Assembly: GCA_001938485.1 (NCBI GenBank)
Contig: MQRK01243530.1
Location: 36,059-93,146, forward strand
Direction: 5' to 3'
Source: Girardia tigrina
Taxonomy: Eukaryota
Length of the DNA stretch: 57,088 bases
Below the pieces are notes generated by a model. The model saw nothing but the letters and a program-made list of their open reading frames with translations, had not been told where the DNA came from and searched no databases. Within the stretch, counting starts at the first letter, position 1, and every line of letters begins with the position of its first letter. The position numbers and the translations under genes are program-made. Positions 11,636 to 24,462 of the stretch are shown here, in pieces.

Positions 11636-13267
11636 TAATTAAAATATAGTATACATATTTGGAATATTATTGCAATAGTAGGCGTTTATTTTTCTTTTCA
11701 GATTTTTTTGCGATTTTTGAGAAGAGGGCGTTTATTGTAATGCTTACTATTTTTATATAAATAAAAATAATTCAAACGAAACAATATGGCTGTATGAGCC
11801 ATAAATAAAGTGAAATTTTTTGAACACGATATGATGTATGTTAAACGCCAAATAATAGCTTACCAGTATCCACTCAATTGCACCCCTCATAGCACAAATG
11901 TATGAAAAATTGTGCACTGTGTGAGAGGCCAGATACTCAAATTATACTGCACACAGTCAGTAAAAAGGTTATCAAAGTTTTATATTCCGGCGATAAATTG
12001 TCATTTATTCAGTTTCCGAATCAGACGATCTCTTTCGTTACTTCTCGTTAAATTCGCAGTTTATTCCGACGAATAAATTGATTCGGTCCAGCGATTTCCT
12101 TCATCATTGCAAAATCGATAAGTATAATTGCGAATGTATGAATTCCAGGTACAATCTATTCTTAGTCGGACATTTGATGGATATCACTTTGAACATTTCC
12201 CTGTCACAAAATCCTTCCAGTGGGCGCGTCTGCGTATTTCCGCACGATATTCACGAGCGGTATGAGAGATTCGAATATAAACTAAATCCTGATTATATGT
12301 ATTTCACCGATGGCGATTAATAGATTGATTCATTTCATTCTACCGGTTGGTGATATTGCCCTGGTTGAGAAACACTGTTATATATTGTCTCACTCAAGTT
12401 GATATTGTCTATGATATAGTGACAGATATCCATTTACGATGGCAAAATAATTCGTAGCGTCAGTCACTTTTTTTGTAACATCATTTTTACGGGTTTTATA
12501 AAAATTTTCTTAAGTTTAATTAATAATGAATGTTATACCTTACTTGTATATGGTTTAAAGTTGTCAGTTAAATTGAATTAAATTTCATGTTAGTAAGAAT
12601 CTCAATTTCATTCAAATTAGAAAAAAAATCTGTAAATAACAATTAACAGTCCATTTTAAATACTCATTTTTCGATATTTTCACTGCTATAACATTTTAAT
12701 TTTTGATTTTCTACATAATTCCGTAGTATTAAAATATGTAAATTTTGTACTAAATACCAAAATACTAATATTTAAATCAAATAAGAAAAACTGTTTATTT
12801 CTATTTCATCAATTAATTAAATTAATATTAAATTTTCATTTTTGTAATTTAAATTTTTTTATTATAAAATACGACAAAAAATACTAAATCATTTCATTAC
12901 TAAGAAAATATTTTTTTAAAAGAATAGTTCCGATTTTATTCCTATTAAAAAAATTACTTTAGAATATTAATGTAAATAAGTCTTTATTGCAATTAATCAT
13001 TAGATAAAGAAAGTCCGTTGTTTAAGTGATATCGCTAACAATTCCATTTCAAATGTATAGACTTTAGTTACATTTTCAATAATCACAATTTATTTTCGTA
13101 TTATTGTCGTTAAATTTTCTCTTTATTTCACGTAACGATTTTTCGAATAAATTAATCCTATTAAAACGCTCTTAATTAAAATTAATTAATAATTTAAATT
13201 AAAAAAAATACTGAAAATTATAATTTGATTAATGTCGATATTGATTGGAAATATTTCCACTAGACAA

Positions 13268-13327
13268 ATGATGTATTGGCGACCAAATGTCGATTCTTCC
13301 AAAGTCGAAGCGCTTTTAAATACACAG
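13268..13327 (+). CDS. PPP6R: SAPS/PPP6R coding exon 1 (MMYWRPNVDSSKVEALLNTQ)
   Basis: ATG at 13268, 20 codons, donor gttcga at 13328; resembles the family N-terminus MFW..S.ID.LL. Confidence 0.85.
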
Positions 13328-16300
13328 GTTCGATTTTCTCTGGTCTAATTGATTTACGGTTGCGATAGATTTCTGTAAATAGATAATAATATTTGGAAAG
13401 AAAAACATTTTTAGAGGAAAAATATTTCAGGATTTATAATTTAATATTATAATTTGTAATTAATATTGTTAGTATTAAATTAATTTTTGGATTATATATA
13501 ATATTGGTCTGGAAAGAAATTAATGTACATAAATAAAATGTTTAATACATTAATATTTTAATGAATACAAGTATTTAATCAATTATGTATTGATTATCAT
13601 TATCGATGATTTGACCCCACTTTGACCAACTCTACGTTCCAATCCCTAAAGAACTCCGCGGGGTTTGACACAATAAATGAAGTGGTAGACCGCTTGACAT
13701 CCTCTTTATCTGCGATCTCTTTTCCCACTAAGAAGTTCTTCAGAGATCGAAACAGGGGGTAATCCGATGAACCGTGTCTGGACTGTTGTTCGTGAGGCAG
13801 GACCTCCCACCCCAACTCTGATCTTTTGTTTTGTCATTCTTGCAACATGTAGCCGAGCGTTATCGTGCTGAAGAATGACACCTTTTCTATAAACAAGAGA
13901 TGGGCTATTCCTCTTCAGATTTTCATTCAGCCGATCCAGTTGGGCACAATAAACTTGAGCCGTGACAGTTTGGTTAGATTCCAAGAGTTCCCAGTACACC
14001 ACTCCTTTCACATCGAACCAGATACAAAGCATTACTTTCTGCGGATAGAAACCATGTTTAGCGGTCGGCAGCGGTGTCTGGCCACGACTCAGCCATTGTT
14101 TGCGGTGCTTGACATTGACGTTTAAAACCCATTTCTCGTCCCAGCTCACTATTCGGTTCAGAAACGGCTCACGAGTGTTTCTGGAGAGCAAAGATAAATC
14201 GATGGTCTCCCGTTGAACTATATTTTGTTCCGAAAGTTGGTGCGGAACCCAAACACCAAACTTATGCTCTTTCCAGAGTCGTTCCAAAGGGGTTCTGATT
14301 GTCGTATGATATGTCCCTATTGTCTCTGCCATTTCTCCGGTTCGAGTCTACCAGTGTTTTCAACGCGTCAATGTCCAGCTCAGTCTTACGTCCTCTCCCG
14401 GACTCGTCATCGAGACTGAAGTCTCCGGACCTGAACTTTTCAAACCATTGCTTGAGTGTCCGCACATTAACTGAATTTTCATAAACGGCGCAGATATTCT
14501 TTGTGGCTATATTTGCATTATTATTTTTTTCGGAATTCATATAACATTATATGATTATTATATTGTAGTGTCTTATTAGTATATTAGGAAATTCATCTTT
14601 TGAAATGGATGTGGTTCTATCCTTACAACATAACCAATGATCAAGAACCTTACTCGATCGACTCATTTGCGAGTGCTCGCTCGTACATCGGAGAGAAAAA
14701 TCGTCATCTCAAAATCCGGATTAGCGAGCACTCGCAAATGAGTCGATCGAGTAAGGTTCTTGATCATTGGTTATGTTGTAAGGATAGAACCTCATCCATT
14801 TCAAAAGATGAGTTTTCTGTTCTACAAAAGGGTTTTGATTCACATTACGAACGACAGTTTTGTGAATCTCTACTAGTAAGACACTACAACCCATCAATTA
14901 ACATTCAGAATGGGCAAAGTAAGGTTATTTCAATACTTAAAATTTTTAATTAAAATACTTTTGCAATTATTACCCAATAATATTTTGATAAATAATAATA
15001 ATTAATTTTTTCGTTACCTTTTAGAGTAAATGTATCTATTAAAATTGTATTATTCAAACAACTCAATATTCATATACTAAACATCCGAAAATTGCTGATG
15101 ATGATGTATGTAAACATCGAAACATGTCCAATAATTATATAAAAAAAGCTTTAATCAAATTATTATTGACATCTTTTCATCAATGCAATCTTAATAAGGA
15201 TGGGGATCTTAATCTGAGTTTGGCTATTTGATGATAAATTTCACTTTTCTTGAGGTAACATCACGTATTTTCTTTTATTCTTTCAATGCTGTCTTTCACC
15301 CGATCATCTATCATGAAAATTTAAAATTTGAATTTGTGTTTATTATTTCGCTCGATGATGAAGAAATTTAAAATCGGGGAATATTTTCCGCTTGAAGAAT
15401 GTATTCTTTCCTAAGTATAAATATATTTTTTTCAAATCTATCAGAACCTCAAATCAATTATACCCGATTTTTCGGTTGAAAGAATTGTTATTAATAAATA
15501 CAATTTTAGGGCGTCACTTTAAATGATATTTTGAAAGAAGATGGAGTAATCAATGAAGTACAGGTTTTCAATGAGAAATTATTGAATTAGTAATGAATTG
15601 ATTGAGTGAATTGATTGATTAATTATTGTTTTTTGTCCAATTGTTTATTGTAGTCTCATGACTCCCGAACACATCACTGATATGCTTCACATTCTCATCA
15701 CAACACCCCAGCCGAATGACGACGGAGTCCTATATTTCGGGTAAATCTAACCGAATTTTTATTTTTTTGTTTATCAATCAATTCGGTTATTTTTATTTTG
15801 GTTAAATTTAAATTGAGTTTTAAAATTAAATTTATATTTTTTAAATTGAATTTTAAGTTTTAATAAAATATAATTTTAAAATTAATTTAAAATTATATTT
15901 TATTTTATATATAATTTTATTTATGTTATTATTTAATGTATTTTTATGTTTTTTATAATTTCATTTTTCTTAATTTTTAATTTAATTTTTAAATTGTATT
16001 TATTTATGTTTTATAATTGTATATATTTTTATAAATTGAATTATTTTTTTAAAATAATTTTATTTATTCTCAATAATTTAGTTTTCACTTAAATAACTTA
16101 TTAATTTTTTCCATTCTTTTTATTAGCTTACTTTCTATATATATTTAGGCCTTTTGCATTTCAATTTAAGCCTTTTTCTGAACAGCAAAAAAAATAAACT
16201 AATTAATCTCATTTATTATTCCACAATTTCCCTTCTTAGTCTGGATTCATTAATGTAAAACAACATATTAGGTTGGTCGAAAAATAATGGCGGTTTTTGA

Positions 16301-19300
16301 GCTTTATACTTTGTTTATCTACTTTGATATGTATGTAAGTTTAAATGCATTAGTGTTAGATATTATTTGAAATCTTATGCCTANNNNNNNNNNNNNNNNN
16401 NNNNNNNNNNNNNNNNNNNNNNNNNNNNNNNNNNNNNNNNNNNNNNNNNNNNNNNNNNNNNNNNNNNNNNNNNNNNNNNNNNNNNNNNNNNNNNNNNNNN
16501 NNNNNNNNNNNNNNNNNNNNNNNNNNNNNNNNNNNNNNNNNNNNNNNNNNNNNNNNNNNNNNNNNNNNNNNNNNNNNNNNNNNNNNNNNNNNNNNNNNNN
16601 NNNNNNNNNNNNNNNNNNNNNNNNNNNNNNNNNNNNNNNNNNNNNNNNNNNNNNNNNNNNNNNNNNNNNNNNNNNNNNNNNNNNNNNNNNNNNNNNNNNN
16701 NNNNNNNNNNNNNNNNNNNNNNNNNNNNNNNNNNNNNNNNNNNNNNNNNNNNNNNNNNNNNNNNNNNNNNNNNNNNNNNNNNNNNNNNNNNNNNNNNNNN
16801 NNNNNNNNNNNNNNNNNNNNNNNNNNNNNNNNNNNNNNNNNNNNNNNNNNNNNNNNNNNNNNNNNNNNNNNNNNNNNNNNNNNNNNNNNNNNNNNNNNNN
16901 NNNNNNNNNNNNNNNNNNNNNNNNNNNNNNNNNNNNNNNNNNNNNNNNNNNNNNNNNNNNNNNNNNNNNNNNNNNNNNNNNNNNNNNNNNNNNNNNNNNN
17001 NNNNNNNNNNNNNNNNNNNNNNNNNNNNNNNNNNNNNNNNNNNNNNNNNNNNNNNNNNNNNNNNNNNNNNNNNNNNNNNNNNNNNNNNNNNNNNNNNNNN
17101 NNNNNNNNNNTACTGTCATGAAATTGATGAAATGCATAAGAAATTGAAAACCCTTTGTCCGGGATTGTTCAATCGAAAAAGTCCCATCCTTCTTCATGAT
17201 AACGCTAGACCTCATATTTCAAAAGTGACCCTTCAAAAGCTTAATGAGTTGGGCTATGAAACCCTGCCTCATCCTCCATATTCACCAGACCTCTCGCCAA
17301 CGGACTTCTACTTTTTCAGGCATTTGTACAACTTCCTACGTGAAAAAAATTTCAAAAACCAAAATGATGCTCAAAATGCCTTCCAAGAATTCGTCGCTTC
17401 GAGAACCGATGCATTTTATGTAGATGGAATAAAACAACTTGTTTCTCGTTTGCAAAAATGTATTGATGCCAACGGTTCATACTTTGATTAATAAACTTTT
17501 GTTTCTGTGAATTTGCACGTCTTTGAAGTTTGTGTCCCAAAACCGCCATTATTTTTCGACCAACCTAATATTAGTAAAATAGTTCTCATAATCTCTACCG
17601 GTTGCAATTTCAAATCCATTCTGAATACCAATTAACAAATATTCCTCATTATTACTTGCTAGCGACTTTACGTGCCCTTTCCACTTTGAAAAGTTATTTT
17701 CAATAGGATTTAAAAAAGGGCTATACGGCGGTAAACACAGTAAAATAAATCCCACAGCTTCCAACGATTCTCTAATGTTCATCACTTTGTTGGTGGAAGC
17801 ATTCTCAGCGTTAAAAATAAACTTCCATTTTCAGTAAATCAATTAAACCTTCCAAAAACTCTGAAATTCGTTGCCCTGAATGCTCGGTCTATGATGTCAT
17901 ATGTAATCAACGCTTGACACAACAAAGCAGCACATACACTAAAGTTTCGTCACCTAATTGCCTGAACTACCACATTTGCAGGTCTTCCACGTTCTGATCA
18001 ACCTCTATTTCGCCGCATAGATACGCAAAATCCTGCTTCGTCGATAAAAATGAAGTTTAGGCTTGGATGCTTCTGTCAACAAAACAATCATCAAAATTTA
18101 TTGCGATTAATTTCAATGGATTAACCGTCATCAGCAGGCAAAACTAGATCAATAATGATAAACTGACTTTTGTGTATCTAAAGATTGGCTATATCATCAT
18201 TCAGTAATCATTAAAACCTCAGAATATTTTCAATAAAGTAAAAGAGGATGGTGTTTGCACGACGACTTAAACCTTTCGCTTCTGAGCTTTCTTAGGCATT
18301 CCTGTTAGAAATGACAAATCATGAACCTAATATCCATGACTGACATACCTTTAGATGTTTCTGTTGACTTTACACCTGAATGTTTCTCTTGCATGTATTT
18401 CTGAAATTTAGAACCAAAAGTTTCAGTATTCGTCTCCAACGTTTCTGTCTCAGTTAAATCCGGATGCTCTGTCTGTCGTAGATTGTTGGAAATTGGTTCA
18501 CTTAATGTTTCTATTCTTTTTCGTAGCTTGATTCTCTTAGTATCTGCGTTTCTATCGGGATTTCATTTTCTCCTATCTTTTGGTCGTTTCTTAGGTGGTT
18601 TTATAGCCATCTATCTTGTTTGAATTTGAACAAAGGTGGCATTGGAAACATTTGCTCGAATCAGCTGATTGGTGGCTCTTCTTTACCTGCCGGTCCAGTT
18701 CCTTTTGTTCTCTGAAGTGAAGCTTTTCACACTCAATGCAATCCACTTAATTTTACCCTTCACATAAATTCTAAAACAATCCGAAATCTCATCGATATAA
18801 TTCGACTGAAACGTCAGACCAAATGAAAATTTGAGATAACAGCGTAAAGAAGCAATTTATTTGTGACATATTCTTCCAAGCACGAAAATTAAAATAGACA
18901 TTTAACATTGAAAAGTGTACATAACATTTTGGTAAACTAACCGAAAATGATGCTCCTGATACTGCTGTAAATATTGTCCTGATACAGCATGTAGTGACTC
19001 AAAACTTAAATCACTTTAATATTTATAAATATATTTATATACTAAAAAACAGTTCACAATACTCGACACAAAAAATAGAAAAGGAAAGTGAAAAAAATTT
19101 AATAATGTTGATAAACACAATGTGTTTTATTAGATTAATATTTGTTCAAATGAAATACACAAATGTGAAATATCGTTCTTTCTTTTAATTGCTGTTGTTC
19201 TGTGGTTGAATTACGTCAAAGAAAAACGAGACCGTCAACGATATCACCTATGCTATTCCATACAGATCAATGGAGATGCACAACGCGGAGAATTTGAGCA

Positions 19301-22300
19301 AGACGAGCGCCGCATAGCGATTCGTGTCAGCGTGTCGTCGAGCACCATCAACCCAGATCGACAGAGTTAGTGGTCACCTCTATAAAGACCGAACCCACGG
19401 TGGCGTGTCTCCGTTAATGATCACAATTTTTAAGTACCCATACCTGGTTTCTACTATTAATCACAGACGCGGGTACACTTCACAGCACTTTATTTAAAAT
19501 AATGAAAATTTCAATTAAAAATTTGTCAACAAATTAATGTTGAAAATGAAAATTTTCATTATTCATTCATTTATTGATTATTTATAAGGACGCTTCACGG
19601 GGTCAGTTAAAATATAAATAAATAAAGATTCACTCTTTAATATGATGATTACATTTTCAATTATTCAATATTTATATCATATAATATATACATGAACCAC
19701 ATAGTCCCTTTAATGAAGCTTTTCATCTCATAATAATTTTTGTGAGGAATATGGGGTGTATAATTGTTTTTGTAGTGTTTGCATGTTTAAATGTTGTGTG
19801 TTGATTTGGGATTGTGCCTCTCCTAATCAGATGGATGATCACTATTTTAATTCTTATAATCTGAAACTAATTTATTTAAATTTAGATTTAATATTCAAAT
19901 TTTTAATTTTTATTTTTGTAACTTAAATAATTTTATTGATTTTATTTTTGTAAATTTTTAAATATTAGGTTGTTCGATATGAAACGGGTCAAACTTCACA
20001 CCTTACATTTCAATCGCGTATAACTTAACTTTGAACTATCGTATGAAAATAAATAAGGTATTTCTTGACAGANNNNNNNNNNNNNNNNNNNNNNNNNNNN
20101 NNNNNNNNNNNNNNNNNNNNNNNNNNNNNNNNNNNNNNNNNNNNNNNNNNNNNNNNNNNNNNNNNNNNNNNNNNNNNNNNNNNNNNNNNNNNNNNNNNNN
20201 NNNNNNNNNNNNNNNNNNNNNNNNNNNNNNNNNNNNNNNNNNNNNNNNNNNNNNNNNNNNNNNNNNNNNNNNNNNNNNNNNNNNNNNNNNNNNNNNNNNN
20301 NNNNNNNNNNNNNNNNNNNNNNNNNNNNNNNNNNNNNNNNNNNNNNNNNNNNNNNNNNNNNNNNNNNNNNNNNNNNNNNNNNNNNNNNNNNNNNNNNNNN
20401 NNNNNNNNNNNNNNNNNNNNNNNNNNNNNNNNNNNNNNNNNNNNNNNNNNNNNNNNNNNNNNNNNNNNNNNNNNNNNNNNNNNNNNNNNNNNNNNNNNNN
20501 NNNNNNNNNNNNNNNNNNNNNNNNNNNNNNNNNNNNNNNNNNNNNNNNNNNNNNNNNNNNNNNNNNNNNNNNNNNNNNNNNNNNNNNNNNNNNNNNNNNN
20601 NNNNNNNNNNNNNNNNNNNNNNNNNNNNNNNNNNNNNNNNNNNNNNNNNNNNNNNNNNNNNNNNNNNNNNNNNNNNNNNNNNNNNNNNNNNNNNNNNNNN
20701 NNNNNNNNNNNNNNNNNNNNNNNNNNNNNNNNNNNNNNNNNNNNNNNNNNNNNNNNNNNNNNNNNNNNNNNNNNNNNNNNNNNNNNNNNNNNNNNNNNNN
20801 NNNNNNNNNNNNNNNNNNNNNNNNNNNNNNNNNNNNNNNNNNNNNNNNNNNNNNNNNNNNNNNNNNNNNNNNNNNNNNNNNNNNNNNNNNNNNNNNNNNN
20901 NNNNNNNNNNNNNNNNNNNNNNNNNNNNNNNNNNNNNNNNNNNNNNNNNNNNNNNNNNNNNNNNNNNNNNNNNNNNNNNNTTGACAACATGGGGGGATAT
21001 TTTGATTAAAAATAAAATGTTATTATTTAAAAAAAATCGATTTACATTTTACTTTAATTTTGACCCGTTTCATATCGAACAACCTAATAATTAAAATCAA
21101 ATTAATGTTTAAAAATGACTATAGAAATATTTTATTTAAGTCAATAAAATTTAATTTAAATATTTTTTAATAAAGCATTTTTCTCGAGTATAGTTCAGAT
21201 TATAATGAGAGATATTGAAAATTGAGTGATGGATTAAAGTGAAAGCAATACTATTGATTATCATAAAGATGATAAGAAATGTGAATGTAATAAATGTTCT
21301 GTGTGAGTTCTCTTAACAATTTTAAATGAATATTTTCTCTAATCTATATTATATATTGTTATACCAAATACTATTAGTGACGCTTATTTCATCATCCATA
21401 ATAATAGTTTTAATTTTTAAAAAACAATAAATTTAATTGTATTAAAAACCAATTTCAAACAATTTCCCACTTTCATTTTAACTTAACTGATATCTAACTA
21501 TTTTAATAAAAATTTCACAAGCTCTAGTAAATCCTAATATCATCTTTTACTTAAATACGTTTAACCATTTGACTACCGAACTATTTTTTACTCATATTAA
21601 ATAATGACAGGAGATGGTCCTAGTGCAAAAGCAAACTCGCAAATGACAAGTTTTGACAAGTTTTCAAGTAGTGTGTGTAGATGGCGCGCAAGAGTACATC
21701 CACTTGGATGCAAATAACCGATTTCCTATACTAATTTATCTCTAGAATTTTTTGAAATCGCTTGGTACGTATTAACCAAATGGCAGTTAAAGGGTTAATT
21801 CATTTTGCAAACTTTATTAAATTTTCATTTCATTTTCCTATTGGTGTTAAATACTTAAAAAATTTACAACTGCTACCTATTTTCAACTTATCAATAAAAT
21901 GATGAATCACTTATCCTACACTGCATTATTGTCCAATTAATGTAATTGCCTCTTAAATTGTGACGCACCACGGGTCAATTAAAATATAAATTGGGGGTTA
22001 TTCAATTTTTGTAGATATTATACGATAAGTAATATGTAATCTGATGGTAAAAAGAACCAAGGGAAATTCTTTGAATTAAAATTGATTGGTTATATTAAAA
22101 AATTGGAAATAACTGAAGTTAATGAATTTTGTTTGTTAAACATAAAAAAATAAATATACAAAGTATAGACAAAGTATTCGAACTGGTATGTGACCTTCCA
22201 ATTAAATCCCAATTGACTGCTTCTCTACTCCTCTCTATCTCATTTCTATCACTGAATCATGAAAACAAGCATATAATTTCATGTTTCTGAAATTTAAAAA

Positions 22301-24423
22301 ACGAAATTAGAATAAGAACTTCCATCTAACTTTACTGAAAATAATGTTGTGAAAACTGGAAAATTAAATAAAGTAATTTTCATGAAAATCTATAAAATCC
22401 TGACGACTAAACGTTGCAATTAATATGGAAATATGAAGTCTCTATGAAGGTATATACTTTGGAAAGCACTGGCCACTCCATAATTTATGTTTGTTATAAT
22501 GAATTATTAATAATTATAATTGGTCGAATAAAATTGCTTTTTCATTTATTTCAAAAATCATATAGAATAAAGTCTAATATTAACTATGTCCAAGTTTCAT
22601 GTGATGTGTTAAAGTTCGTTTAATTAACGATTAATAAATGAATTACAAATCATTCACTATTACAAATAAACCAATAAATTCTGCAGAATGTAAATTCGAA
22701 TGTCTTATCGTTTGTGTTATCTATCACGAATGATTGTGATAATATTATGCGATTACTGAACTAATTTTCTGAAGAATTTTTATCAATGTAATACCCTTAC
22801 TTTTGGCGTCATATCTTTGATCGTTTGAAGTATATTTTTTGCTGTTATTCCTTTATTTTTGCCGTTTGTCAGAGTCTCAAATATGTTATCGATAACGACA
22901 AGTTTGTGTCTCTCAGTCTCCAAAGAAGACTGAAGCCACGTCTTTGATGCAACAAATGAATTAATATGAATTATAAAATAAATAACTTGTTTAAAGTTAA
23001 AGTTTAAAAAAATTTAGAGTTTTTACTAAATAAAAACAAAATACTTATATAAATTATAATCTTAAAGTTTTTAGAAATGCTTATTTGTAAGTTTTAAGAA
23101 CCGCACGTGGAAACAAAAAATAATTAGCATAGAGGTAATGAGACGACATAAAACAATTACAATCTATATAAAAATTACCCGGCGTTACTTTTGGTCAACC
23201 CTGTATGTTTAAATATTAAATTAATTTTAGAGTTATATTATTTGATTTTATGCCGTTTTTAAATTTTCGAGTTATTCTTTAATTTAACTTGAATTATGAA
23301 ACAACTTATTTTTTTTAATTCTATTTTTTAAAATTATTTTAGAAAATATATTATCGTATAATATTTTTTTAAATAAAAATAAAAAATTATTGAAATTAAT
23401 CCTTTTATGAGCTATATTATATGAGCTATATTATATATCCATATGAGCTATATTATATTATCAAAAAAAAGACGGTTTTTTGAAATTTTGGATGTGAGAA
23501 AAAAAGCATGCATATAAGGCTGGAGTGCACACTACTTTGGACAATAATGTAATCAAATTCACAAACGAGCACTCCAATGCTTCAAATCAGTCACAAATAG
23601 AAGTGCTACTAAGAATATCTTTTATGTTATCCAATAGTTCTTTTTGGGCAAGTTAATGAAGGAGCTTCTGAATCTGCTCGAACTTTAATGCCCAAACTTT
23701 ATGCGTCTGATCAACTCTCCCCTGCGTTTTAATAAACAGTTTTAATTTATTAATAAACAGTGTAAAACAGCCGAAAAATTGTAATAGTCCGGTGCCGAAA
23801 CGTCCTGATTCAAGGAAAACTAGTCATGGGAATTTCGCAAATTTTAGATATAAGTAAATCGACGGTGTTCGATAACATTATAAAAGTTAAATCTGGTCAG
23901 AATTACTCATCTCCGAAGAAATCTGGACGACGAAAGATGATCCGCTACTGATAAAAAGTGTTTGAAGTTCCTCAATATTGTCGTGCTATTGTTCAATTAA
24001 TCTACAAGAACCGAAGTATGCAAACAGACATGTGTTGTTCTCCGTCCCAATGTCTACGTCGAATATATGAATTAAATAATTTATTCTACAACGTCAGATT
24101 TTCTTAATGGAAAATAAGCATCGCATAACATTTTATTAGGCTAAAAATAAACCGTTTCTAAAACTTTTTCAAAAAGACAAAGAGACTTTAATGGGTCCAT
24201 AATCATAGTAAATGGAACCAAAATTGATGAAATAAAGTTATTTTTTAGACGCATCTCGTTTTGAATCGTCTTTGAATAGAAACATTACCAGTGGAATTGT
24301 CTATATAACAATTTTCAAAGTTGACATAACTCTTAATTGATTTTTTTTAAAATCTTTTAATTTCTAATTATTTTTACCAAAAAATTATTTTTTGATATTT
24401 ATGTTTGATATATTTTAAAATAC

Positions 24424-24462
<39 letters not shown>

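Noticed and set aside
1558-12480. Stop-codon reassignment (TAA/TAG=Gln or TGA=Trp) to explain the interrupted frames
   Set aside because: The 554-codon PPP6R frame uses CAA/CAG and TGG with no in-frame TAA/TAG/TGA, and the opposite-strand frames contain all three stops at roughly background rates.
6876-21009. Long 256-374 aa ORFs in the track at 6876, 6889, 16319, 16377, 20025, 20031, 20065
   Set aside because: They are translations through N-runs. Only the C-terminal parts of 16367-17491 and 20065-21009 are real mariner sequence.
23182-23205. Orphan ...ggtcaaccctg|TA terminus
   Set aside because: Looks like a Tc1/mariner TIR, but no partner end or convincing transposase was found.
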